Origin: Klebsormidium nitens
Lineage: Eukaryota > Plantae > Klebsormidiophyceae
Assembly (NCBI GenBank): GCA_000708835.1
Contig: DF237128.1
Coordinates: 62,001-126,000 of the forward strand
Direction of reading: 5' to 3'
Length of the DNA: 64,000 bases
Under the pieces are notes generated by a model. That model did not search any database. It was not told the origin of the DNA and saw only the letters and a list, made by a program, of their open reading frames with translations. Of the stretch, positions 1 to 12,422 are shown piece by piece (position 1 is the stretch's first letter; each line of letters opens with the position of its first letter). Both the position numbers and the translations under genes were made by a program.

Positions 1-925
1 ATATGGGGGCCCCAATCAATGACCCACCGAAGTCTTGCACAGCTCTCACCAGCGCAACAAGTGCCCAGTGTGCAGCTGGCTCGTTTAGGACGACGGGGTG
101 CCTGGGTGAGGCTTCCCCCGTCACCCCCTCCTTGTAACACGTGCCAGCTTGAAATGAGGTTTGAGATAGGCAACGCGGCAACCTGGTTTACCCAGGAAGT
201 TGTGTCGTGGGGTCTGTCTCCTCTTGGAATTGACGCTTTTTCATCGAGACTAACGTTATAATCCAGTCCGCCTTCGAGTGAACAGCGCGCGGGATTGCTG
301 GGCTCCGAGCCGGCCGCTGTTTCCCTGCCATTTGAGCTGAAGCAAATATGCACCGCCTCAAAAAGTGCTTTTGATCAACTTTGGAAGTTGCTTCAGGAGG
401 AGGGGGAGTGGGACATCATCAGTTTCTATTTCACACATGCTTTTTTCAGCAAATTGCCAAAGTCCATGACTGTCACTTCATGAGAAGTCACTTCATGTGC
501 CTTTGAGAGCTGTCCCTTTCAACTTTAGAATTTGGAAAAGCACCCGAGATCTGACCTCTCAAGGACACTCCGTCTCTTTCAATGCCAAAGGAAATGATGC
601 GTTTTGCCACTGTTCTCAGTCACTCTGCATGCCATGTTTTGACGGGTTCGAGGAGGTAGACTTCTTTGTCGTTTGGTCTCGCCAATAATTTTTTTCCTGC
701 CTGGTTGGACGATAAATGCTTTTCCATGTTCAATATCATCAAGCTGTGTGCATCAATGGCAGTGTCAATCTCGAGTTTCAGACCCTATTTCCCCAGGCGA
801 AACAGCGACTGGTAGGCCTTTCGAACAGCGGGCCAAAAACGGACGTCCATGTGGGCAGTGGCCCGGTAAAAGAATCGGTGTCAGCCTTCAGGCATGCTTC
901 CGAATGTGAGACTTAGCCGAAGGAG

Positions 926-2245
926 ATGGGGAGTCTGGCGTGCCTGGCAGAGCTGAACAGAAAGAATGGGAATCGCTCACAATTGAGCAAGAGAATCATG
1001 GCCGTCTTCAATGGTGTATCCCCAAACAGATTGAACTTCTGGTTCCTTCTTGTTCCCATCCTATTGCTTACAATACCGGCTGCTTTCCTTGGCTTGCAGC
1101 GGATGTCTTCAAGCAGGAACGAATGGCAGATAGGCTGCATCGTCGCACGCAAAACAGACCAGCTAAGGTCTGTAAGTTCAGGTGAGGATCCTGGCAGAAA
1201 GGACCCCTTCGAGTTGTCTTTCAAGGTTGTCAATGACTCCATTGTGACAAGAGGTATGTCTGAAGATTTGGGCCATCACATCAATACTGCTGCAGCAAGC
1301 ATACTCATAATGGTACGGCAGACATACCTTACATGTAGCTTCTTGTAATTGATCAGTACTTTATGTTGGCACGCGCTGACATTCTCTTTCATTGCAGACG
1401 TGTCGCTCGCAAACCCCCGCGGGCCTCTGCACGTGGCTGTGTGCTTTTTCGGGTTGACTCGGTCCCTTCAATACACTGTTGACAGTCTGCGCCGGCAGAT
1501 TCTTGACCCTATGGCAGAAGCAAACTTTGAGACCTCTCTCTTTCTGCACACGTATAACTTGACCAGCCAAACAAACCCACGTAGCAACGAGAAGGATGCA
1601 CCAATTTTGAGTGACTCCTGGAAGTGGTTGCACCCAACTGCGTTTCTTGTGGAGGATGCTAACGTTGTGGAAGCGAGTTTTGAGCGGCACGTCAGCCCAA
1701 TATTGCAGCACGGGGATCCATGGGGGGAGGAACACCACACGAGCCTGAGAAATCTGCTCAAGCAGCTTCATTCTTTGGAAGGGGTCACGCGCCTGTGGCA
1801 AGCTGCGACTGCAACCTTTGACGTTGTCATCTATCTACGGTTTGACGTCTGGTATTTCAACCGGTTTGAGATGGGGGAGTTGCGGGTCGCATCGGGTCGA
1901 AAAGTACTGTTTACGCCAGCCTTTCACAAATTTGGGGGCTTAAATGACCGATTCGCATTTGGCCCGCCGTCTATCATGGCCCAATATGGTTTGCGTCTTA
2001 GCAAGATGTTGGACTACGTGAAGCTGAAGCCGCTGCATTCGGAGACATTCCTCTATGATGTAATAATGGCGGACTCTACCACCGAGCTCGCTTTTACCTC
2101 CTTGATCTTTGCAAGGGTACGGGCAACCGGACAATTATGGGCGGTGCCAACCGCTGACCATAAGGATATCAAGTACTCAAGTGATCTGTTTCTGACAATA
2201 GACCACCTAGGACTTATTGCCTTACGAAACGAAAGCACTCTTTAA
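926..2245 (+). CDS. Type II membrane protein, putative glycosyltransferase-like; exons 926-1253 and 1398-2245
   Basis: Intron 1254-1397 (GTATGT...TTGCAG) joins the 926 and 1349 ORFs in phase. Hydrophobic anchor FWFLLVPILLLTIPAAFLGL. Motifs VAVCFFGLTRSL, FLHTY, DVVIYLRFD, GGLNDRFAFG and HSETFL resemble, from memory, an uncharacterised GT-like family. Confidence 0.75.
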
Positions 2246-3849
2246 ATCTATTCAAAATCAGTGCCGCCGCGTAGAAGATTGACCAGTTCTATGGAGCTCA
2301 AGAGGTTTACAACAACCGATGAGCAGGCTAGCTTGCCAGGTTGGATGCTGACCGTCTTTTGAGAGAGTCGTAGCATCTTGTTCCCCATGGCCTGCATGCT
2401 CACTGGCAGCTTGCCCAATGGCTTAGCCCATGGCTCAAGGTGTTAGTAAACAGCACTAGTGACCATGCAGCTTAAGTAATGATCCACATTGTCACAAAAG
2501 CACCGATCCCATGTCCGACCGTTTGAGACGCTTCGATCGTACATGTGCCAGAATTCTACATGATGAAACTATCATGCGGTTGATCCACATGCCACGTGCC
2601 ACGGAACTACGTTGGGGCGTGCAACACCATCATGTGGCTCAATCAATGCGCAGAACGACATGCATAATGCTATCACAGCCCGGCCTTGATTGCACGAAAC
2701 GACAAGGTCATCAAGCGAGGTACCTTCGCAGAGATCATACATTCGAGCTATACAGAAGCAATATGGCATGACACAATCAAACTTAAGCATATATATGGCT
2801 TCCACATGCATGCTTGTGTTCCTAGCTTAGTATGTACCTGCCAGCAAATTAAACATATACGTACTGCCGCATGTACAAATTTTGCACGAAGAACTGTGTG
2901 ACGTGAATGCATACCGTATCTCAAACCTATCTAATCTGCGCATTGAATCTATACACACAAGAGATCATATTATTTGTCGGTTTACTTTGCAGACAGACTT
3001 GAGCTCAGAGCACGAATGGCTTGATTGCGGGAACGTCTGGTCAATATTTTAGCTTGCTTGCCGCAAACATTTCGAGACTCGGAATGTTGAATTAAATGCA
3101 TAGAGCTTCGTGACTTTCTAACGTGTCTTGGGACATACTCGTGTCCTTCGAGGCGCCTGCTTGGCCGGGCGGCCAGTAGGGCGAGTACAGCCTTGCCTAT
3201 GTATGCGTCAACCTGGGCAGATTTGGATGCAGCAGGCGGCTCAAACTCGCCTCCGGCAGCACCAGATTGGCCAAAGTCGGCTGCGAGATCGACCGGAAAA
3301 AGAGTAATTCCCTCTAGTGCTACCAAGATCCAGACTTCAATCTCAGACATAAATTATCGAAGGAGCCAAGCGTTCGGGCTATTAATTTCTCTCAAAAGAG
3401 AAAACCGGGTTCAATACCATGCAGAGCATACACGCAGGAACTGTTAAAACAACCAGACTTGGGAGGGTGATCTTTGTTCATGATAGATAAGAACTCGGTT
3501 TTGTTCAACGGTCGGTCAAATCTCAGCAAGCAAAGCTATCAGTGCTGATCGGGGTCTTCCCTCCGGACTAAAATAATTCCGAACTTCGAAGACGACAACA
3601 ACATTCAGTAGATCAGATACGGGTCCCGACAGGCAATCGTGGTCACCACAAACGCCCCCAAAAGCAACACAAACAGATCAAAGCAAGTACCGAAAATGCG
3701 TAGACCTGCAAGACAAGGCGACAAGCAGGGGACAAGCGGAACCATTCTCACCTCAAGAACTGTGTTGGGCTCTCTGCAGGCTCTCTATAGCCGGCAGTGC
3801 AGACCGTGCCGGGAGTGTTAATCTGCGAGAATATGGCGGGCGTGTTGTG

Positions 3850-5570
3850 ATTTCTTTATTCTGAGTGAACTCCTGCCGCACCGCTTCCTGGGAAAGCACC
3901 ATTTCGCAGGATGGATTCGCTTCGAAGTGTGTCCGACTCTCCGCCAAAATTCTTCGTATAACAATAGACTCTGGAAGCGCGTTGGCTCTCTTTCAGAAGT
4001 GTCGCCGCACCAGCAACCCGCTGCCATATGTCTTAGGTGCCAATCATTCAACAGCGCAATACTGGGCAGCCAGAAGAAACGCAGGTCCGCAGGCCGATGG
4101 TTCAGCTAGGGGGTAGACATTGGACTTTTTATACTTAAGCAGTTCTGTGAAACTGTGGGGGACAGAAACAGGACGTTTCTTTACAACCTGAAAGTAAATG
4201 CAACACGTTGTATGAAGCTGAAGCGTTCACATAGACCCTGCTTACGTTCTCCTCGTCCGATTTAGAGATCCTGAATGCCTCTGACACTCTGATCGAAACC
4301 CCAGCTTACGCACAACTTCTGCGTCCGGACTTGGACCATCCAGATTCCGCAAGGTCTTCTCTGTACCTTTCACTCTCTGTACGGATGTCGAGTCTATTCT
4401 TAAAGATCGCATCAGAACGGGAAGCCCAAAAGAATTCCGTACGAAGGCATGTGTTCGTACCTGGAACCTTCCTGCTCCATCTTGATGGTAAGGAACGCCT
4501 CTGTCATGCAGACTTTCCTGATAACATTCTGCCGCGAGGGGACCTGGCCAGGTCGAGGCTGCGGCTCCAGTCAATCAGAGTCAGGCTCTTGTCGTGCCAT
4601 GAGCTAGGCAGGCCGCTTGTCCAAACCTCCCACCAGGCACTGCAAGGAAATGGTCTATTATGAGAGGGGGCACACATAATTGAAAAAGGGAATAAGCTCT
4701 GTGTAGAATGCTGCATAGAAGAAACCGGTTTTACTGGCTTGATGGGGAACAGGAAAGAATGGGAAAGGAAAAAGTCTATCTCATATCATCAATCCTTCGG
4801 CAGGTTAGCCGTTCTTCAATTCAACGGGAAGACAGAAATTGGAATTGACAGTGGGAACCAAAACTATGGCGTCATGTATCCTGCCTCTGAAACAAATTGC
4901 TGATCTACTGATTATAGAGGCCTTCCCAAAGTAAAGTTCTGAAACCCTGCGGAACCATGAGGACAAAACTGATGAATGAATCTCTCAGCCCACGAAGCTC
5001 TGTCCTTGCGCTGACTTCTTGGGTTGATACTAATCCGACATCATCCTTAATGCAATACCTACCAGTTCTTCCGTAGGAGAAGGTTGTCGGGCTTCAAGTC
5101 CCCATGAATGATGCCTGCCTCAAGGAGGACCTTGAGCATGCGAAGGAGCTCAAACTTGTAGAATTTGGCAACAGCCTGCAGGCAGAATGGCCCAAAGAGC
5201 TGCTTCAGCTTCCTGCTTCAAGACCGCGTGGAGATGATGGGAGTTCAGCCCGGGGTCGTGATAATTGAAGACTAGTTATTCAAGCTCCAGAAATTTGCTT
5301 ACGAGCTGTGACTCTGCGCTCCGAACGAAGTCAAAGCGCAGGCTGCTTTGCAATGCCCATCACAATAGGATGACGTGGGCAACTGTCAGGATAAGGGAAC
5401 ACCTCGAAACCGTCTCGCAAAGTTTTTCTTAAAGCAGGGGGCGACAAAGATGCTGGTCCTAGCACAGTCAAACAGCCACTTGGCCTTGAAGCCGAAGCTG
5501 CGCCTGTCATATTAGATATGCCGACGCCCAATTAGCGATCGATGTAGAACCCTCATAGATAGGCAAGCCG
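3850..5570 (-). pseudogene. BUB1: Unprocessed pseudogene of a BUB1-type mitotic checkpoint kinase (kinase-domain exons)
   Basis: Segment from 5570 reads *GFYIDR*LG..RRSFG (cf. plant BUB1 WEFxMYRQL..RSSFG), with stops at 5553-5555 and 5532-5534. Exon 5175-5063 (AG/GT flanked) encodes ELLRMLKVLLEAGIIHGDLKPDNLLLR. It splices in phase to exon 4639-4461, SWHDKSLTLIDWSRSLDL (cf. BUB1 SWxxxGLCLVDWGRGIDL), then frameshifts. The boundary near 3850 is approximate and rests on weak similarity. Confidence 0.8.
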
Positions 5571-5861
5571 CTAAAGAACACAGCGCGAATCAGGCGCGAA
5601 GAAGGAAGCGGACTTTAAGAATATGATAGAAAGCCGATTCTTTTAGAGAGAGAGCAACATGATGAAGGAACACTGAACAGGTTGTCGAGCAAGTTTGACA
5701 AAATTGCAGTGGTGTCCCGCAATCTTGTCAAGACAGGAAACAGTGCAACACTTTAAACTGTATTTCCTCCATCATACCTGTTCACGCTCAACATCCTGCG
5801 GGCGTACTGAAGACCCCTAAAGGTATCCTCTCTAGATTGTCCTGATCTGGGGGCCATGTGT

Positions 5862-5899
5862 GCAGACTCCGCTTAATGCAGCAGACTCCGCTTAATGCA
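5862..5899. repeat. Perfect 19-bp tandem duplication
   Basis: gcagactccgcttaatgca x2. Confidence 0.9.
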
Positions 5900-6228
5900 G
5901 CTTGATTTGAGGGAGGGGAAGAGATGCAATACTAATAGGACGGAATGACACCCGCAGGACTGGCAGCTCGTGCTGCTCCATAGTCCTCCTGAGACTTACA
6001 AGGGAATCCTGATCGGGCAACCCACTTGCTGAAGCTCTGAATGCATTACAGTGCCAAATTAAATGCGCTCCCCAGGCGGTGCTCAGTCCCTGGGCCTCCG
6101 CCTGCCACTCGCTTCTAGCTGGGACCATGTCTGCAGTGGTCTGACTCTAGGTCATGCAGATCATTGACATTCAAGTTGTGCCCAGTTGTGTGCTTGCTGC
6201 ATTGGCATATAAGTTTGAAAGTTGGTCG

Positions 6229-6270
6229 CAGGGTTCTCAGCAGGGTTCTCAGCAGGGTTCTCAGCAGGGT
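6229..6270. repeat. 12-bp tandem repeat, about 3.5 copies
   Basis: (cagggttctcag)x3 followed by cagggtt. Confidence 0.85.
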
Positions 6271-6534
6271 TTGAAAGTAACCCTGGTCACGGGTCTCGCC
6301 CCTGACCACCGTCCTCGTTTTCGACAATAAGCTCAGAAGCAGCAAACAATTAATCTATCAAAGCATTGGATCGAAAGTTCTCGTCGAAACAGGCTGTAGC
6401 CAGTTATGACATGGGTAGACACTGAACAGTGCCGAGCATTGACCTTCAAGTTCTTGCAGAAGAGGTACCTACGCAGGATTCCCTCCTCATTAGTCCTCAC
6501 CCTTCATCATCGCATTGCATCTTTCTACACAGAC

Positions 6535-9249
6535 ATGAAAATGCCTTCAACATCTCTGCAACAAGTGGCGCTTCCATTAGCAGCAGCTTGTTCTGCTGCA
6601 TTGGGCCTGTACTACCTTGCCAGGGTCACCTCAGCTAGCGCTGGGCAGACCTTGTCCCTGGCTCCTCCTCCTTACAGGCTGCGCCTGAAGCTGTGGGCCC
6701 TGTTCCACCGCTTGGCAGACTCCCTGCTGCCCGATGACCTGAAGCTGCGAGCTTTGAGTAACAGCCACAGGGCCTCCAGCACTCTGTACGCCGCAGCAAA
6801 GCTGGACATTTTTGAGGCTTTCAAAGATGGATCACATACTGCGCACGAAGTCGCTGAGAAAGTGAGCTCGCCCATACATCCGGAGAGCCTCTTCCGCATA
6901 CTGCGGTTCCTTGCCTCTCAGGGCGTGTTTATTTACGACCAAGCAAGCAACCGGTTTCACCTCACAAGAGTAGGTGAGAATAACATCAAGCTTTGCATAG
7001 AAGCGCAGATCAAACTGGGCAAAAGGATGGAGGCTGACGCTGCCGGTGGCGCACCTCAGAATGTGAGAAGTTTCGTGTTGCAGCTTCCCTTACAGGGTGG
7101 CGGTGCAAGGTTGGGGCATACGAATGAAAATTCAGCCCAAGTGATGGACTTGGTTGAGAATTTTGAATCATTCGCACCTCAAATACTTTCTTTGCAAGTT
7201 TCTTCTTGTGGAGTTCTGGTGCAACTGCCCCCTGTTTTTCCCCACTCTAGAAGGCCTGTGATCACTTTTATCGAGGAGCGCAAAGATACTCTCAACTTTC
7301 TGCCTTTTTCTAGAATGTATGGTTGTGACAGGGCACTGGCAAGATCACTCTCGCCCTTCTCTCCAGGCGCCCTGCTCCTGCGTGGTCCCGGCAGCCAGCT
7401 CCCGCGCGTGTTGGCCAACAACGATCCGCAAGATGCAGGGCGCATTGGGCACAATAACATTGAGGCCTCCATTCAGAAGGGGGGCTGCGCCTTCCAGCAT
7501 GCCACCGGGCAGACCTGCTGGCAATTCTACGATGGGGAGCCGCGGCTGAGTGCGCGCTTTGAGGATATGATGGAGGTTGTGTCTCACGACGAGGACGCCG
7601 CCATTGCAGCAGGCTACCCGGGGTGGCCGCGAGCCAGGTGAGACACTCGGAAATTTGAGGGCCGGCCTTGACTGCAAGAGGGGCGCAGGGAGAAGCAGGT
7701 GGCACGCTCTGCGTCTCCGTAAGCAAAAAAGTCCGGGGGCATCAACAGATCTGTCTCTAAGGAAGATATCATTCCCCTTAACGGACTATCGAGCAGCTTT
7801 CCTGCCGGAAGCGCCAAAGCTGGTTCTCAGGTTCGAGGTCAGGAAAGAGGTACAAACAGCCGTTGACCTTTTAGCTTTACTGGCGCAGATTCGCAAGGAC
7901 AATTTCCAATCAGAAGGCGTTGTGGTCAAACGCCGGGACTGGCAAGCAGGATCACGTCAAGCTGCAAGCTGCTCGCTGCACACATCTATCACTTGGTAAA
8001 CGTTTTGTTTGCTTTTCTAAGCTTCCAGTCCGGCAGGCTGCTGCTTTGATTACCAGAGGCGTCACAGCAAAGGACAATCTCGAAAATAGGGCACAACTTC
8101 AATGGACTCGTTCCTTTTGAACAGAAACGAATATATGTCGTTCAATTCGAGAAGATTGTTTCTTTGTCGGTAAGCTCGTAGTTGATGCAACCGTTTGCAC
8201 CTTTTTCTCCGCAGGTCCGTTGTGGATGTTGCTGGGGGCCCGGGAGTGTTGCTCAGTGCGATTGTCAAAAGGCACACACACTTGCGAAACCACGCCACGG
8301 TCTTCGAAAGACCGGCGGTGGTGCAGTCAATAGACGTCGATGCTGCGCAACAGCAGGGCGTCGATTTTGCGTCTGGTAAGGTCCTTAGCCTGAACTCCAC
8401 TCATACTAGTGTACATATGTCTCTTTTGATGCCAAGTGATCCCGGACTGCTCTTACATCACACGGTTCTTGTCATTGGCCTGAGAGCGAGAGTGCAACGA
8501 GAGGCACCGGATAGCATGGAGCACGCTTCCGTCGACATCGTCTTGCGGGTTGTGTGGCTTCGAAACCGCATGCTTTGAAATTGTCCTGAATCTGTCAGAC
8601 GCTGTAGATCGACCACCGAAAAAAGAGGGGTATGTTTTTCAAGACGGTTCGTGAATACAAGGTCACTGACACCTCGTACGTCGTACTTTAGGAAGCTTTG
8701 TGGAGCTTGCTTCCGGTTTCGATGTCGAACGTAAGGAAGCTCTATGGAGCTTACTTTCGTTTTCGATGAGAAGTTAAGTGTTTGAAGTGTTCCTCTGCAA
8801 AGCAAAGCGTTTATATTGATGTGTCTGCAGGAGACTTTTTTGAAAAGATCGAGCCTGCCAATGCGGACGTTTATATACTGCGGCAGATCATGCACGATTG
8901 GAACGACGAGGACTGCATCCGCATCCTTGAGAACGTCAAGGCCGCGATGCATGCGGGATCCCGGCTGCTAGTCATAGATACGGTCATCCTCGGCCAGAAT
9001 GATCCCCTCTTCCCTTTCAAAACGGATTGTGACATCGACATGATGGTATGGACGGGAGGCCGGGAAAGATCGAGGGCCGATTTCACAAAGATATTTTCTC
9101 AAGCAGGATTCAAGCTTCTTCGATTATTTGAGATGCAGTCGCTCAAAAGCATAGTCGAGGCTGTGCTCATCCACGAAGGGCCAGCGTGGCACGAAACAAT
9201 CAGTCAGGGGGTGCGACTTTCCCGTCTTGATACAATTATCGCCCGATAA
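6535..9249 (+). CDS. SAM-dependent O-methyltransferase, Methyltransf_2 (COMT/ASMT/CrtF-like) family, with N-terminal hydrophobic segment; exons 6535-6973, 7367-7637, 8215-8375, 8831-9249
   Basis: All introns GT-AG and phase-consistent. Dimerisation-type region (LYAAAKLDIF...LFRILRFLASQGVF), SAM motif VVDVAGGPG, GDFF, catalytic ILRQIMHDWNDEDCIRIL, GGRERS. Start could be 6535 or 6541. Confidence 0.92.
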
Positions 9250-10064
9250 CGTCAAAGTCAATGGTTGGACTGATGCGCGTTGATGCCCCACAGTGTGTGC
9301 ATGAGGGTCACCCTTGAAGTTGCCTCCAGGAGAGACTCAAGGGAGTTGCGAATCAATGCTTCCGTTGGCAGGCTGTTCAATTGCATGGCCGCGTGTGTGT
9401 AAACCGCTCGAACTTATATGCAGGCTTCTACTAAGCAATCATGAAGTTACAGGGTGTTCCGCTAGTCAGTTGAAATTCTTGAGACCCATCTATTTAATCA
9501 GTATTTCCGAGTCGAAGCTTGTCAATTCGAAGCAGCGGCGGCCGCCATCATTATGCATGCATGGGCGGCGCACATGTCACATTTGACGTAATCAGCCTTT
9601 GTAAACATGGCCTAGGCCTTGAAGGCATCCGGAAATATGGCGCATGCATGTTTACAAAGTACGTACATAGAAGTCAGGCTATTGCACATGTTGTAACGTG
9701 CTAGCTAAGTACATGATTCATGGGCCTCTGGCATATGATTGTCATATATTTCCGTGCCTGTTCATCCAGGTGATATGGCGGCCAGACCCGCCCGTTACAT
9801 GAGGGCATGGTGGCGCAGAGAACAGGTCGGTTCAAGTTGCACGTCATGCTGGTACGAATTGCAAAAAAGCTCCGTGAGAACACGAACGATCAAACTCAGC
9901 ATGATTTGAAGGACATGCTAAGCGTAATGTGAAGCTCCAAACGGCCCACCAAGATACCACTTGAGCCACATGGACCTACGTAACGATGGACACTTCCTGG
10001 CGAAAGACAACACAAAAGTCGTTCCATGTGCAACAAGCGTTAGGCTGGCCTATTTACTCTCGGC

Positions 10065-11875
10065 TTAGTCCAAGTATCCCTTCCCTTCACATGTTGTACA
10101 GCCTCTGCTCCCGTTACATGCAACGCAGTACCTCCATTTCCTTGCCAACCTGAATTGAAGAAAAGGTAGTGTTAGTGCGAGAGAAACACGACTCCACGAA
10201 AAAAGGGCTAAGGGGCTGGTTTGCCTCAACAGTCTTGTGCTGGACGTCACATAAGAAGGCCTGTAAAATAACATCACAAGGGCGTGGCCACAAACCACTA
10301 TCAGGCCCCAAAACATGATGGCGGACGTGCTTCCACGTCTTCTGCTTCAGAAGATCTGAGTGCCTGTACTGCTTGCTTTACTTATTTCTCGGTTGACTTG
10401 TGAGGATCTGAAAATCGGAGGAGACAGCCAGCTAGCAAGCTGAACCACGAAAGCTGGCGTCAGCTGATTGTGTTCTCGAATCAGTTGTAATATCCCAGGG
10501 CCATGCTTCGGGACTTCTTGCATGATTCTCGAAACAGCTGAAAGGCTGACCAATTGTGTCAAAACAGCCTTGCGATTTCAGGTCAAAAATATTCATGTAC
10601 CTGGCAACCATTCCAATCACCACTCCATACATAACAATACTAGTGGTAAAGAAAGCTGAAGCAATGAATAAGTTTCTGTGCATCATACCCGGCAGTATAT
10701 CGAGTGGCGGCCATTGTTGACCTTGCCCGAGCCTTTTCCCTCTCTTGAGGCGACAACTCCTTGTTGACAAAGCCCTCTCCCTGGCATACAGGGCAAATTC
10801 CACTTCCTCCGCAGGCATCGCACCGGGGCTGCAGCATTGGGCAATCAGGATCGATGTACAAAGATGGAAAAAGCATTCAAGGGGTTAAGCAGGCCTGATT
10901 ACTCTATCCTCGCATTTCCTTGCAATATGCCTTTGGGCCTGCTCTTAGGCAATTGGTTCAACAGACACATGGCACAGAGCCATGGTCACTTAGTGGTGTT
11001 CTTTCCACTATCTTCGTCCCAATTGGCTCTCACCTTGTCTGCGCCCAACGTTTCAGCAACTTTTTCTTTGGGCAGGTTGGACAAGACAATGCCAGCAGTC
11101 ACCACAACGCCAAAGACCACCACCGCCGAGACAGCGGTGGGGATAGCTTCTGTTGTTGTGTTCCGCTCACACGGCCGGGCTGCTTGGCCAGGGCATGCGG
11201 TGAAGGAGTGGGGCCGCGTCTGGGCTTCAACACTAGTTCTCCTTCTCCGACTCAATGCTTGTTCTTCTGACGCCACCGAATCAATGCAAACCTGCAGCGC
11301 AGTCCATCAGCCAGAGTTGACAGAAACAAGACAAACGAGAAGTTGGGAATTAGATAGTCCTCTCAAGTCGGGTAGCAGGTAAAACTCTTGGCCATCATTA
11401 AGCAGGCCCCCATGCATGAGCAGATTCGCCACGGACGTGCCCCACTGGGAAACTGTCCCCCCCGAGGCCACAATGGATGTTAACATTCAGCAAAATTTCT
11501 GTAGCTTCCTTTAGTACATCTTGCATGTTTTCTCGACGCCACTCGTCCAGCTATGCGAGTGGTGCACATCCAACCGATTGGTTAGCACCCCAATCTGAAA
11601 GGGGTAAGGCAGGGCAACAGACTGTCACTGCTGCCTTCCGTACAATATGGTGGACCACAAATGTATAGAAAAGTGGCGCAGGTACCGCTCACCTTGTTCT
11701 TTGACCAGCGCACAGCATTATAAGGTGCTTGAAATGGTGAGAAATCCTTCTGCAATGTGCACAAACGATTGTCCCCCGCTATACATTTTCCCAGTCGATT
11801 GGCAGTTATCGAAGAAAGTCCATTTATGTTTGCAGTGCTTCTAGAAACTTGTGTTGCAGCTTCAAACGGCGCCAT
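10065..11875 (-). CDS. DnaJ-type cysteine-rich Zn-finger protein without J domain, probably plastid-targeted with one TM segment; exons 11875-11693, 11291-11034, 10828-10689, 10149-10065
   Basis: Phase-consistent 666-nt CDS. CDACGGSG, CPVCQGEG, CVACNGSR and CTTCEGKG motifs. Ser/Thr-rich transit-like N-terminus. TM AVSAVVVFGVVVTAGIVL. Confidence 0.85.
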
Positions 11876-12422
11876 CGACTTCTGTTCAATTGAACAACTT
11901 CTGCCTTCCTCTCTCCACCCTTTTTGCACAATTCCTGCCCCGCCCCATTCCCTGCAACCTTAACCTGTGCAGTATTAAACCGGGTTTATACATATTGTGA
12001 GTTGTAACCTAGTTTCGGACGATTGCATTGGAAAACGACGTCCGCTTGCGCTCGGCCCCGCTAATTGCCCTGTTCGAAGCACTGTGAAGCAAACACGTGT
12101 CATCGCGTAGCAGGGTGCGGGATCGTGTCGATTGGCACGCGGATGAATCATCAGGTGATGATCACGATGGTGGACTCAGGACTGGATGGTGTGCACTCCC
12201 TTCCATCACAGTGATCACTGCATTCTATGGATGTAGGGCGGCACCACTCCAGCACTGGCTACAGACTCAGTATCAGGCTTGCAGCGCCACTTGAGTTCCG
12301 CTTCCCGGTACCAGCTGGGTGCGGTTCCGTTCTCAGGCTCGGCCCCTAAGCTACGTATACAGGCAGTGCGGGGAGTTTTGATGAACCTTTTCGTCCTCAT
12401 TTTCTAGTTCAGGAGGCCAGTG

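Noticed and set aside
4830-4940. Possible BUB1 exon inside the 4640-5062 interval
   Set aside because: Stops or no motif in all frames, and the flanking exons already join in phase without it
5892-6345. Minus-strand ORFs that might be upstream BUB1 exons
   Set aside because: No recognisable BUB1 TPR or kinase N-lobe motif; one ORF is inflated by the 12-bp repeat
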